A stretch of DNA of 64,000 nt, taken from contig JAPEKQ010000002.1 of NCBI GenBank assembly GCA_029990205.1, forward strand, positions 32,845 through 96,844. Reading direction: 5' to 3'. How positions within the stretch are numbered: the first letter of the stretch is position 1; every line of letters starts with the position of its first letter. The translations under genes and the position numbers were made by a program. The DNA comes from a bacterium (GTDB lineage Bacteria > Joyebacterota > Joyebacteria > Joyebacterales > Joyebacteraceae). The notes under the pieces were generated by a model, which was not told the DNA's origin, made no database searches, and was given only the letters and a program-made list of their open reading frames with translations. This document shows, piece after piece, positions 35,365-45,080 of the stretch.

Positions 35365-37749
35365 CTACTTCAGCTCCACGATCGTCACGCCGGTGTCGCC
35401 CTCGCCCCACTTGCCCAGACGGAACGACTTGACGGCCGACATGCCGCGCAGCACCTCCTGCGTCCTGTCCCGAAGCGCGCCCGTTCCCTTGCCGTGGACG
35501 ATGCGCACGACGGTGAACCCCTGCATGACGGCCGTGCTCAGGAACGTCTCGATCGCGTCCCCGATCTCGTCGGTCGTCATACCGCGCAGGTGAAGCTCCG
35601 TGGCCGGCTGCGTATCGACGGCCAGCTCGTAGTCGACCTTCGGCCGCCGCGTCTTGTCCTTCGAGACGGGCTCGGGCACGACGAGTTCGTCCGCCGAGAC
35701 CGTCAGGGTCGTGTTCTTGACGCGGACGCGGACACGCCCGCGGTCGTCGGGCAGTTCGAGAAGCTCGCCCTCGCGGCCGATGTTCTTCAGGCGGACACGC
35801 ATCCCGACCTCGAGGTCGACCAGCGGCTCGGCGGCGACCTCCTCCACCTCGGGCTGGATCTCCTCGGCGAGCTGTTCCACGACATCCTTGTGAGATTCCT
35901 GGACCTTCCGACGCGCCGCCTTGATGGCATCACGCGCCGCGGACGTCTCCTTGATCTCCTTGACCGTCTGCTCGACAAGACCCTGCGCGCGGTCGAGAAT
36001 CTCCCGCGCCTCCGCCAGCGCGCGCGTGCGGATCTGCTTCCGCTCGTCCTTGACGCCGGCCAGCCGCTCCTCGTAGTCCTTCGTCAGAAGCTCGGCCCGG
36101 CTCCGTTCGATCTCCGCCCGCCCGAGCGTCCGCTCGAGTTCGCGCTCCCTCCCGACGAGGTCGGCCAGGAGTCCGTCCACTCTCGCGGCGTCGGCGTCGC
36201 GAAGCTCTCGCGCCCGCCCCACGACGCTCTCGGGAAGCCCCTGGCGCTCCGCGATGGAGAGCGCGTGGCTCGCGCCGGGGACGCCGCGGATGAACCTGAA
36301 CGCGGGTTCGAAGGTGTCCGGGTCGAACGCCATCGAACCGTTGACCATCCCCTCGTACTCGTGCACGTGGTTCTTCACCACGCCGAGATGCGTCGTCGCG
36401 ATGGTCGCCGCGCCGCGCTTCGTGAGCTCTTCGAGGATCGCGATGGCGAGCCCCGCTCCTTCGTCCGGGTCGGTTCCCGCGCCGAGTTCGTCGAGCAGCA
36501 CGAGCGTCTTCTCGTTGGCCTCGGTGAGGATCTCGCGAATGGTCTTCAGATGAGACGAGAAGGTCGAGAGACTCATCTCGATCGACTGTTCGTCGCCGAT
36601 GTCGGCGAAGACCTCACGGAAGACCGAGATCTCCGTCCCCTCACCCGCCGGGACGTGAAGCCCGCACATGGCCATGGTGACGAGGAGCCCGACGGTCTTG
36701 AGCGTCACCGTCTTCCCTCCGGCGTTCGGGCCGGAGATGACGAGCGTGCTCCCCTCGACACCGAGGTCGAGGTCGAGAGGAACGATGCTGCCGCCCGTCT
36801 CGCGGAAGATCGCGTCGAGCACCGGGTGACGACCGGACCGGATGCGGAGCCGCCCGTCGGCGGTCACCGACGGCCGGACGCAGTCGAGGTCTCTCGAGAG
36901 GAGCGCCGCGGCCCGGTAGAGGTCGAGCTCACCGAGGATCTCGGTCGAGACCCGGATCGCCTCCGCCTCCTCTCCCACCGTGGCGGTGAGCGCGCGCAGG
37001 ATCCGCTCGATCTCCTTCTTCTCGGCGGATGCGAGTTCCGCGAGTTCGTTGTTGAGCGGCACCGTGCTCATCGGCTCGACGAAGAGCGTGGCGCCCGTCG
37101 ATGACTGGTCGTGAACGATGCCCTTCAGATGCGAGCGGCTCGCGCGCTTGACCGGGAGGACGAGTCGGCCGTTGCGGATGTGGACGGCCGCTTCCTGCAC
37201 CGTGTCGTCGCGGAGTTCCTTCTGGAGGATGGCCTGGAGCTTCTCATCGATGCGGGCGCGCGTCCGTTCGAGCGCCCGGCGGATCTTCGAGAGCTCGCGG
37301 CTGGCGCTGTCCTTGACCTCGACGGCCACATCGTCGATGGCGCGTTCGATCGATGCCTCGACGGCGGGCAGCGAGCAGAGCCGCTGCGCCTTCTCCCAGG
37401 TCAGCGGCGCCTCTTCCTGCTTGCGGGACGTGAACTCGCGAACCTCGCGCGCGGCGGCGATCGCTCCACGGACCTCAAGGAGATCCGCGCACGAGAGCAT
37501 GGCCCCCTGGCGCGAGCTTCGCTCTGCCAGCGACCGGGCGTCACGGGCACGGTCGATGGGCAGCCGTGCGCCGTCGTCGACGAGCCTCCGGAGTTCCGTG
37601 GTGATGGTCAGGTCGTGTTCAATGGAACCGAGGTCGACGGTTGGGCGGAGCGCAGCTGCACGCTCGGCGCCCGGCTCGAACGACGTTCTGTCGACGAGCA
37701 TCCGGACGACCTTCTCGAATTCCAGGACATCGAGGGTGTGGGTATTCAT
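35365..37749 (-). CDS. mutS2: Endonuclease MutS2 (MutS domain plus C-terminal Smr)
   Basis: 794 aa. Walker A ...ISGPNAGGKTVTLKTVGLL... C-terminal Smr ...LHLRGMTTDEIGDAIETFLSTAVMQGFTVVRIVHGKGTGALR... Confidence 0.9.
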   Translation of the reverse strand: MNTHTLDVLEFEKVVRMLVDRTSFEPGAERAAALRPTVDLGSIEHDLTITTELRRLVDDGARLPIDRARDARSLAERSSRQGAMLSCADLLEVRGAIAAAREVREFTSRKQEEAPLTWEKAQRLCSLPAVEASIERAIDDVAVEVKDSASRELSKIRRALERTRARIDEKLQAILQKELRDDTVQEAAVHIRNGRLVLPVKRASRSHLKGIVHDQSSTGATLFVEPMSTVPLNNELAELASAEKKEIERILRALTATVGEEAEAIRVSTEILGELDLYRAAALLSRDLDCVRPSVTADGRLRIRSGRHPVLDAIFRETGGSIVPLDLDLGVEGSTLVISGPNAGGKTVTLKTVGLLVTMAMCGLHVPAGEGTEISVFREVFADIGDEQSIEMSLSTFSSHLKTIREILTEANEKTLVLLDELGAGTDPDEGAGLAIAILEELTKRGAATIATTHLGVVKNHVHEYEGMVNGSMAFDPDTFEPAFRFIRGVPGASHALSIAERQGLPESVVGRARELRDADAARVDGLLADLVGRERELERTLGRAEIERSRAELLTKDYEERLAGVKDERKQIRTRALAEAREILDRAQGLVEQTVKEIKETSAARDAIKAARRKVQESHKDVVEQLAEEIQPEVEEVAAEPLVDLEVGMRVRLKNIGREGELLELPDDRGRVRVRVKNTTLTVSADELVVPEPVSKDKTRRPKVDYELAVDTQPATELHLRGMTTDEIGDAIETFLSTAVMQGFTVVRIVHGKGTGALRDRTQEVLRGMSAVKSFRLGKWGEGDTGVTIVELK

Positions 37750-37860
37750 AGACGGCTATGAGACTCCGGCGGATCCTGCGCAGCAGTCGTGACCGCAACG
37801 CAGGGGCCTCTCAAGCTTCCGTGCACCCGAACAGGGGCGACCGTCCTGGTCCCGCCTGTC

Positions 37861-38823
37861 CTAGTGCCGGTAACGTCTGAAGCCGGAGCACTCGATGAGA
37901 TCGAACTTCCGTCTGGCGGCCTTCTCGACGCCGTCCAACAGAAGGTTCATCCCCAGCGTGTCGCTCGCTATGTGCCCGGCGATCACTACGTTGATGTGGT
38001 TCTTCTCGGCCTGTTCCCTGTTCTTCTCCGAGATGTGCATGCCCACGACCGTCCCGATGTCGGACGTGTTCGCGAGCTTCTCGAAGGCCTTGTGCGAACC
38101 ACCGGTCCCGCCCGTCATATCGACGAGGACCTTGCCGGTCCGCCGCTCCTCGCTGCCGACGAAGACCTTGAGTCCGGCGCCGAGCTTCTCGGCTTCGGCG
38201 TACTCGGGGATATCCCGGAGCACACCGAGCACGTCGCCGACGGTCTCGGCCTTCTTCGCGTCGAACAGCCTCTGAAGATACGTGGCCACACAGTTGTCGG
38301 CCGGTGTGTGGGTACAGATCATCGGGATGTCGAGAAGACGAGCCGCGTCGACGCCCCGCTGGTGGTTGATCGGCATGACGCCCCGCTCGACCTGCTTGAT
38401 GCGGGGACCCATGATGCCCTCGGCGACATTGATCGGGACGCCGTGAGCGTGGAGGATATCGGCCTGCATCGCCATGACACCGCTCAGGTTCGCCTGCGCC
38501 CCGCCCTCGGGATGGTGCGCCCAGATGAGATCGATCTTGCGACCCTTCTCGCGAAGCCGCTCGGTAAGGAGGACCTCGCCGATCTCCATGTCGATCCCCA
38601 TAATGACGCTCTTGACGTCGACGTCGTCGGCGCCGTGGAGGATGCGGGAATCGGAATACGGGCTGGTCAGACGCTCGGTGTCGAACACCTTCTTGTCGTT
38701 GCCCTTGAGACCGTCGTACTTCTTCTTCACGCGCTTGAGTTCCTTGCGAACAACCGCCTTGCCGCGCGGGTCGTACTCGATCCCGACCTTGACTGCCGCC
38801 TCGTAGAGCTTCCTGAGCTTCAT
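37861..38823 (-). CDS. Nif3-like dinuclear metal centre family protein (putative)
   Basis: ...IDLIWAHHPEG... and ...GHIASDTLGMNLLLDG... resemble the NIF3/YqfO metal-binding motifs. Assignment is by motif only. Confidence 0.55.
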   Translation of the reverse strand: MKLRKLYEAAVKVGIEYDPRGKAVVRKELKRVKKKYDGLKGNDKKVFDTERLTSPYSDSRILHGADDVDVKSVIMGIDMEIGEVLLTERLREKGRKIDLIWAHHPEGGAQANLSGVMAMQADILHAHGVPINVAEGIMGPRIKQVERGVMPINHQRGVDAARLLDIPMICTHTPADNCVATYLQRLFDAKKAETVGDVLGVLRDIPEYAEAEKLGAGLKVFVGSEERRTGKVLVDMTGGTGGSHKAFEKLANTSDIGTVVGMHISEKNREQAEKNHINVVIAGHIASDTLGMNLLLDGVEKAARRKFDLIECSGFRRYRH

Positions 38824-38864
38824 CGGTGCCTTTCCACACGGGAGCGCTTGACGCGCCCGTGACG

Positions 38865-39320
38865 CTAGCCCTCGCCTCCGGCGAGCTGCTGCTGGACCAC
38901 GGCCTTCACGACCTTTCCGTCCGCACGACCCTTCATCTTCGGCATGACGGCCTTCATGACGAGGCCCATTTCACGGACACTTGTTGCACCTGATTCCGCG
39001 ATGGCCTCTGCGACGAGCGAGGTGATCTCATCCTCGCTGAGCTGCTCGGGGAGGTACTGCGATACGACGGCTAGGCTGGCCTTCTCCTTGACGACGAGGT
39101 CGTCGCGGCCGGCCGGGCCAAACTGATCGATCGCCTCGCGGTGACGCTTCGCCACACGCGCGAGGACCTCGATCGCGTCCTCGTCCTTGAGGTCGCGACC
39201 GAGTTCGATCGCTCGATTCTTCATTTCGGAACGCACGAAGCGGATGACGCCCAGGCGCACGCCGTCGCGAGCCTTGGTCGCCTCGATCATGTCGTTCTTG
39301 AGTCGGTCCAGGATGCTCAT
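38865..39320 (-). CDS. GatB/YqeY domain-containing protein
   Basis: MSILDRLKNDMIEATKARDGVRLGVIRFVRSEMKN...EITSLVAEAIAESGATSVREMGLVMKAVM. GGGAGG RBS. Confidence 0.85.
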   Translation of the reverse strand: MSILDRLKNDMIEATKARDGVRLGVIRFVRSEMKNRAIELGRDLKDEDAIEVLARVAKRHREAIDQFGPAGRDDLVVKEKASLAVVSQYLPEQLSEDEITSLVAEAIAESGATSVREMGLVMKAVMPKMKGRADGKVVKAVVQQQLAGGEG

Positions 39321-39344
39321 GTCGCCTCCCGGAATCGATTCCGG

Positions 39345-39548
39345 TTACCTGGTCTTCGACTGCTTGATCTTGAGCTTGCGCAGCTTGCGCTTCGCAGCAC
39401 TGCGCTTGCGCTTCCTGCGCTCACTGGGCTTCTCGAAGTGAGAGTGCTTCCGGAGATCGGAGAGGATCCCGGCTTTCTCGCAGCGCTTCTTGAAACGGCG
39501 CAGTGCCCGCTCAAAGGACTCTCCGTCCTTGACTCGGACTCCTGGCAT
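39345..39548 (-). CDS. rpsU: 30S ribosomal protein S21
   Basis: [48 protein letters not shown]... Confidence 0.9.
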   Translation of the reverse strand: MPGVRVKDGESFERALRRFKKRCEKAGILSDLRKHSHFEKPSERRKRKRSAAKRKLRKLKIKQSKTR

Positions 39549-39619
39549 CTGGTGTTCACCCCCCTCCAAGGGTTGGCGACAACATCTGTCGGAGGGACAC
39601 GTATCCCCCCTGTGTGAGA

Positions 39620-39670
39620 CCGAAGCGTTGCTTCGACCGCACGACCTCTTTCAAGCGTACAAACGCTTGA
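39620..39670. promoter_or_regulatory. Two inverted repeats in the rpsU / CoA-transferase divergent intergenic region (candidate operator sites)
   Basis: CGAAGC-GTT-GCTTCG (39620-39634) and TCAAGCGT-ACAA-ACGCTTGA (39651-39670), seen directly. Confidence 0.3.
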
Positions 39671-39895
39671 GTATAGGGATTCATGAAGCAGGTGTCAACC
39701 CGTTTGTGTCGTTTTCCGGCCTGCTTCCGGAATCGCGTCCCCGAACTCCCGTCCAGAGGATCTGGTCGATCTCATACGCCCCACCGCCACCCGTTCCTTC
39801 CCCGTACACGCCCATTTCCGTTGACTTGGCGGCTCTTCTGCGAGACCATTCGTAGTGTTGCCTCAATTACTGAACGCTCATTCGGAGGGAGCACC

Positions 39896-41815
39896 ATGGA
39901 CCGCGACGCGGGCAAGAAGGCGCTCGAGCAGCTCCGCGAACGGTATCCGCAGAAGTTCGCCGTTCTCAAGACGGTCTTCGGGCACATACACCGCGGCCAG
40001 ACGATCTTCATCAGCACGGCGTGCGGCGAACCGAAGCATCTCGTCCACTCGATGATCGACTTCGTCGAGTCGGACCCCAAGGCGTTCAGTGACGCCGAGG
40101 TGCTCTCGGTCTGGACGCTCGGCGTCGCGCCGTATGCGGACCCCAAGTTCGAATACAACTTCCGGCACAACTCCTTCTTCGTGAGCGACAGCACGCGCAA
40201 CGCCGTGAACGAGGGAATGGCGGACTACACCCCTGTCTTCCTCTCGCAGGTTCCCGCCCTCTTCCGCAAGCGTCGCGTGCCGGTCGACATCGCGCTCATC
40301 CAGACGTCGCTACCCGACGAGCACGGGTTCATGAGTCTCGGCGTGTCGGTCGACATCACGAAGGCGGCCACCGAGATGGCGACGACCGTCATCGCGCAGA
40401 CGAACGCCTACATGCCCCGTGTCCACGGCGACGCGTTCGTGCACATCGACGACGTCGACTTCGTGGTCCCCTACGACGAACCGCTCCTGACATACGAAGC
40501 CTCTGTTCCTGGAGAGATCGCCGAACGCATCGGCAAGTACGTCTCGCGGATCGTCCAGAACGGTGACACCATCCAGGTCGGGTACGGCAGTCTCCCGGAC
40601 GCCATCCTCTCGAACCTCTTTGAGAAGAAGCACCTTGGTGTCCACACGGAGCTCATCAGCGACGGCATCGTCGCGCTGATGAAGGCCGGTGTCATCGACA
40701 ATACGCGCAAGACCATCGACAGAGGCAAGACGGTCGCCACATTCTGCATGGGCAAGCAGGAGACGTACGACTACCTCCACGACAACCCGGGCGTGGCGTT
40801 CCGCGAGATCGACTACACGAACAACCCGCTGACCATCGCGCAGATCCAGAACATGACGGCGATCAACTCGGCGCTTCAGATCGACCTGACCGGCCAGGCC
40901 ACGGCCGTCTCGCTTGGCCAGACGTTCTACAGCGGCATCGGCGGACAGGCCGACTTCATGCGTGGCGCGGTGCTCGCGCCAGGCGGTCGCACCATCCTCG
41001 CCCTCCCCTCCACGGCGAAGGACGATGAGATCTCGAGGATCGTCCCGGTGCTCGACGAGGCCGCCGGCGTCACGCTGATCCGCGGTGACATCCACTACGT
41101 CATCACCGAGTACGGCATCGCCTACCTGCACGGGAAGAACATCCGCGAACGCGCGATGGAGCTCTCGTCGATCGCGCATCCGAAGTTCCGCTCGTGGCTC
41201 ATCAGCGAGGCAAAGAAGCGGTCGATGGTCTACAAGGACCAGGCGTTCATCGCCGGCAAGAAGGGCGAGTATCCCGAGGAGCTCGAGGTCTATCGCACGA
41301 CGAAGTCGAACCTCGACATCCTCATCCGCCCCGTGAAGATCAGCGACGAACCGCGGCTCAAGGACTTCTTCTACTCGCTCTCCGACGAGAGCGTGCGACG
41401 CCGGTTCATGTCGAGCCGGACGGACATGCCGCACGAGCGGCTCCAGGACTTCGTGATCATCGACTTCACGAAGGAGATGGTCATGCTCGCGGTCAGGCAG
41501 ATCGAAGAGGGTGTCGAGGAGATCGTCGGCGTCGGGCAGTACGGTATCCACGAGCCGACCCATACGGCCGAGGTGGCGCTCGTCGTCCGCGACGACCACC
41601 AGGACCAGGGCGTCGGGACCGAGCTCCTCAAGTACCTCACGTCGCTCGCCCGCAGCCAGGGTCTGCTCGGATTCACGGCAGAAGTGCTCTACGAGAACGC
41701 GCCCATGCTTCACATGTTCTCACGCATGGGATACGATATCCACAGAACCGCAGAGGCAGGAGTGGTTGAACTCCGGATCGGATTCAGAGGACGAGATGAC
41801 GCACCAAGAACCTGA
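39896..41815 (+). CDS. Acetyl-CoA hydrolase/transferase family enzyme fused to a C-terminal Pat-type GNAT acetyltransferase domain
   Basis: MDRDAGKKALEQLRERYPQKFAVLKTVFGHIHRGQTIFISTACGEP... (4-hydroxybutyrate/acetyl-CoA transferase-like core, about 500 aa). C-terminus ...LDILIRPVKISDEPRLKDFFYSLSDESVRRRFMSS...QDQGVGTELLKYLTSLARSQGLLGFTAEVLYENAPMLHMFSRMGY (GNAT, resembling the acetyltransferase domain of protein acetyltransferase Pat). GGAGGGA RBS 5 nt upstream of ATG 39896. Confidence 0.85.
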   Translation: MDRDAGKKALEQLRERYPQKFAVLKTVFGHIHRGQTIFISTACGEPKHLVHSMIDFVESDPKAFSDAEVLSVWTLGVAPYADPKFEYNFRHNSFFVSDSTRNAVNEGMADYTPVFLSQVPALFRKRRVPVDIALIQTSLPDEHGFMSLGVSVDITKAATEMATTVIAQTNAYMPRVHGDAFVHIDDVDFVVPYDEPLLTYEASVPGEIAERIGKYVSRIVQNGDTIQVGYGSLPDAILSNLFEKKHLGVHTELISDGIVALMKAGVIDNTRKTIDRGKTVATFCMGKQETYDYLHDNPGVAFREIDYTNNPLTIAQIQNMTAINSALQIDLTGQATAVSLGQTFYSGIGGQADFMRGAVLAPGGRTILALPSTAKDDEISRIVPVLDEAAGVTLIRGDIHYVITEYGIAYLHGKNIRERAMELSSIAHPKFRSWLISEAKKRSMVYKDQAFIAGKKGEYPEELEVYRTTKSNLDILIRPVKISDEPRLKDFFYSLSDESVRRRFMSSRTDMPHERLQDFVIIDFTKEMVMLAVRQIEEGVEEIVGVGQYGIHEPTHTAEVALVVRDDHQDQGVGTELLKYLTSLARSQGLLGFTAEVLYENAPMLHMFSRMGYDIHRTAEAGVVELRIGFRGRDDAPRT

Positions 41816-43934
41816 TATCAGGCGCCTCTTCGAACCGCAGTCGGTAGCGGTCATCGGGGCGTCCCACAACGAGACCAAGATCGGCTCGAAGATCCTCGCG
41901 AACATCATCAACGGGGGATTTCCGGGCCGCATCTACCCGGTCAACCCGAAGGGCGGCGAAGTCCTCGGGCTCCCGGTCGCAAAGTCGATGGACGATGTCG
42001 AGATGGACGTCGACCTCATCGTGACCTGCGTCCCGGCGAAGTACACGCTCGACGCTGTGAAGGCGGCGGGCGCGCGGCGCGCCGCCTTCAACCTGGTGAT
42101 CACCTCCGGCTTCTCCGAGGTCGGTAACATCGATCTCGAACGCCAGGTGATGGACGTTGCGCGCGCCAGCAACATGCGGATCATCGGGCCGAACATCTTC
42201 GGGATGTACTCGGCCGCCGCCGACATCGACGCGACCTTCGGCCCGGGCGGCATCCGCAAGGGCGGGGTCGCCATCATCACGCAGAGCGGCGCGCTCGGAC
42301 TCGCCATGATCGGCAAGACGGGCGTCGAGAACGTCGGCATCTCCGCGATCGTCTCGGTCGGCAACAAGGCCGACATCGACGAGGCCGACCTGGTCTCCTA
42401 CCTGGTCGACGACGACATCACCGACGTCATCCTCATGTACATCGAGGGCGTGAAGAACGGCGACCGTCTGGTGGAGGTCCTCAAGACCGCCACGCGGAAG
42501 AAGCCGGTCGTCGTCATCAAGTCCGGCCGCTCGAAGCGCGGCGCTGTCGCGGCCGCGTCGCACACGGGCTCGCTGGCCGGCTCGGATGAGATCTTCGACG
42601 CGGTCATGCGCCAGTGCGGCGTTCTCCGCGCGGAGAGCATCAAGGAGGCCTTCAACCTCTGCAAGTTCCTCCCCGGCACCGGCATCCCGAAGGGCGACAA
42701 CACGGTTGTCATCACGAACGGCGGCGGTATCGGGGTGCTCGCGACCGACGCGTGCGAGAAGTACAACGTCAAGATGTACGACGACGTCACATCCCTGAAG
42801 GAGATCTTTGCGCCGGCCACGCCGGCGTTCGGGTCGACCAAGAACCCGATCGACATCACCGGTGGCGCGACCTCTGCGGACTACACGCTGGCGATGGACG
42901 CTGCACTCGCGAGCGATTCCATCGGTTCGGTCATCTCGCTCTACTGCGAGACGGCCGTGTTCGACGCCGACAACCTCGGCGACATGATCGCCAAGAACAC
43001 CAAGCGCTACCGCGCTGCCGGTAAGCCGATCGCGTTCTCGGTGTTCGGCGGCGAGGAGACCGAGCGCATCCAGAACGAGCTCTCGAAGGACGGCATGCCG
43101 GTCTTCGGGGACGTCTACGAGACCGTCTGCTGTCTCGGCGGCGTCTACCGCTACCGCCGATACCTCGAGCAGTGGACCGACGAGGTGCATGAGGAGAAGA
43201 TCGACTTCGACGCGATCGATCAGGTCGTCGCGGAAGCGAGGGCCGATCGCCGGAGCTTCCTGCTGGCCGACGAGGGCCGCAGGGTCATGGAGGCCGCAGG
43301 CATCCCGCTCCCGGCGACGAAGACCGCGAAGAGCATGGAGGAAGCTGTCAAGCTCGCCGACGAGATCGGCTACCCGGTCGTGATGAAGGTCGTTTCGCGG
43401 GACATCCTCCACAAGAGCGACTCCGGCGGCGTCGCGCTCGACCTCGAGAACACCGAGGAGGTCATCGACGCGTACGAGGCCATCATGCGGAACTGCCGCA
43501 CCAACGTCCCCGGCGCCCGCATCCAGGGCATCCAGGTCATGGAGATGGCGCCTCCGGGCGTCGAGCTCATCGTCGGCGCGAGACGCGACGCGGGGTTCGG
43601 CCCGATCATCATGTTCGGAATGGGCGGTATCTACGTGGAGGTCCTCAAGGACATCTCGTTCCGCGCCGTCCCACTCAACCGCGCCGAGGCGCTCGAGATG
43701 ATGAAGGAGATCAGAGCCTTCCCGCTCCTGCTTGGAGTCCGGGGCGAGGAGCGCAAGGATATCGAGAGCGTGCTGGACGCGGTCATCCGGATCGGGACCG
43801 TCATCCGGCACGTGGAAGACATATCGGACATCGAGGTCAACCCGCTCGTGGCGTACGAACAGGGCCGCGGGGCGAAGGCCGTCGACGTGAGAATACTCCT
43901 TACGGATATCGCTGGAGGTGACACCAATGCGTAG
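41796..43934 (+). CDS. Acetate--CoA ligase (ADP-forming), fused alpha/beta subunits (CoA-binding, SCS-alpha-like and ATP-grasp domains)
   Basis: MTHQEPDIRRLFEPQSVAVIGASHNETKIGSKILANI... (CoA-binding). ...AAASHTGSLAGSDEIF... (phosphohistidine loop). C-terminal ATP-grasp ...GYPVVMKVVSRDILHKSDSGGVALDL... Start overlaps the upstream gene by 20 nt. Confidence 0.85.
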   Translation: MTHQEPDIRRLFEPQSVAVIGASHNETKIGSKILANIINGGFPGRIYPVNPKGGEVLGLPVAKSMDDVEMDVDLIVTCVPAKYTLDAVKAAGARRAAFNLVITSGFSEVGNIDLERQVMDVARASNMRIIGPNIFGMYSAAADIDATFGPGGIRKGGVAIITQSGALGLAMIGKTGVENVGISAIVSVGNKADIDEADLVSYLVDDDITDVILMYIEGVKNGDRLVEVLKTATRKKPVVVIKSGRSKRGAVAAASHTGSLAGSDEIFDAVMRQCGVLRAESIKEAFNLCKFLPGTGIPKGDNTVVITNGGGIGVLATDACEKYNVKMYDDVTSLKEIFAPATPAFGSTKNPIDITGGATSADYTLAMDAALASDSIGSVISLYCETAVFDADNLGDMIAKNTKRYRAAGKPIAFSVFGGEETERIQNELSKDGMPVFGDVYETVCCLGGVYRYRRYLEQWTDEVHEEKIDFDAIDQVVAEARADRRSFLLADEGRRVMEAAGIPLPATKTAKSMEEAVKLADEIGYPVVMKVVSRDILHKSDSGGVALDLENTEEVIDAYEAIMRNCRTNVPGARIQGIQVMEMAPPGVELIVGARRDAGFGPIIMFGMGGIYVEVLKDISFRAVPLNRAEALEMMKEIRAFPLLLGVRGEERKDIESVLDAVIRIGTVIRHVEDISDIEVNPLVAYEQGRGAKAVDVRILLTDIAGGDTNA

Positions 43935-44964
43935 GCTGGTCATTGCATCGACCCGCGAGAACGCGGGAAAGACGAGCCTCATCGTAGGCCTGGGCAGGGC
44001 GTCGGGGAAGCCGTTCGGTTACCTCAAGCCGTTCGGCGACCGTCTTCTCTACCGGAAGAAGCGCCTCTGGGACTACGACTCCGCGCTCGTCGGTCAGATC
44101 TTCGAACTGGCCATGGACCCGAGAGAGATGAGCATCGGCTTCGACCACTCGAAGCTTCGGTTCATGTACGACGAGGAGACCACGAACAAGAAGCTCACCG
44201 AACTCGTCACGAACGCCGAGTCCGGCAAGGAAGCCGTGCTCATCGAGAGCGGCGGAGACCTCACGCACGGCGTCGCGGTCAACCTCGACGCAGTCTCGCT
44301 GGCGCGTGCGATGGACGCCTCGCTCCTCGTGATGATGTCCGGCGCTGACCAGACGGTGCTCGACGACATCGCGTTCGTCCAGCGCCACGTCAACCTCGAG
44401 GGAATCGACTTCGCGGGCATCGTCGTCAACAAGCTCCACGACACAGAGGACTTCCGCAACACCTACGAGGCAGAGCTGGCCGCGCAGGGCGTCAACATCC
44501 TCGGTCTCGTTCCGAACGACCCCGAGCTCAACTACCCGTCGGTCGGCTTCCTCGCCGAGTCGCTCTTCGCTAAGATCATCACGGGAGCGGACGCGCTGGG
44601 AGGCGTGGTCGAGAACGTATTCGTCGGCGCGATGTCGGCCGACGCGGCCAGGCGCCAGCCGATGTTCAAGAAGGGACGCCGGCTGGTCATCACCAGCGGC
44701 GACCGCGATGACATGATCCTGCTCGCGCTCGAGGGCGACACGGTCGGCCTCGTGCTCACCAACGGGATCGCGCCGCACTCGAGCATCATCTCGAAGGCGA
44801 CTGAGCGCGGCGTGCCGATGCTCCTGACCGCGGACGATACCTTCAAGGTCGCCAAGGCCGTCGATGACGCCAGCTACCTGCTCCGCCACGACGAGACGGA
44901 CAAGGTCGACCGGCTGACGGAGCTCATCCGGGAGAACGTCGACGTCGCGGCGATCATGGGGTAG
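43927..44964 (+). CDS. Standalone phosphotransacetylase N-terminal-like protein (CobQ/MinD-like AAA domain plus DRTGG domain) lacking the PTA catalytic domain
   Basis: MRRLVIASTRENAGKTSLIVGL... (P-loop-like). ...LVITSGDRDDMILLALEG...LVLTNGIAPHSSIISKATERGVPMLLTADDTFKVA (DRTGG-like). GGAGG RBS. Overlaps the upstream stop by 8 nt. Confidence 0.8.
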   Translation: MRRLVIASTRENAGKTSLIVGLGRASGKPFGYLKPFGDRLLYRKKRLWDYDSALVGQIFELAMDPREMSIGFDHSKLRFMYDEETTNKKLTELVTNAESGKEAVLIESGGDLTHGVAVNLDAVSLARAMDASLLVMMSGADQTVLDDIAFVQRHVNLEGIDFAGIVVNKLHDTEDFRNTYEAELAAQGVNILGLVPNDPELNYPSVGFLAESLFAKIITGADALGGVVENVFVGAMSADAARRQPMFKKGRRLVITSGDRDDMILLALEGDTVGLVLTNGIAPHSSIISKATERGVPMLLTADDTFKVAKAVDDASYLLRHDETDKVDRLTELIRENVDVAAIMG

Positions 44965-44994
44965 CAGCGCCGCCCGCACGACCAAGCGCTGAGG

Positions 44995-45040
44995 CAAACG
45001 AAAGCGGCCGGTTCTTCACAGAGCCGGCCGCTTCTTCATG
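44995..45040. terminator. Bidirectional intrinsic terminator between the convergent DRTGG gene and rsmE
   Basis: AAGCGGCCGG-(12 nt loop)-CCGGCCGCTT, a 10-bp perfect stem, flanked by an A-rich run upstream and CTTCATGTCTTC downstream. Confidence 0.6.
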
Positions 45041-45080
45041 TCTTCGATGGATCCACCGTACCCCGCCGAGCATGGCGTCC

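Noticed and set aside
39683-39895. Upstream extension of the CoA-transferase ORF (MKQVSTRLCRF...)
   Set aside because: No RBS. Low-complexity Arg/Ser/Pro-rich translation. The conserved enzyme N-terminus begins at the ATG at 39896, which has a GGAGGGA RBS.
41784-43982. 732-aa minus-strand ORF
   Set aside because: Antisense to the ADP-forming acetyl-CoA synthetase. GC-skew artefact.
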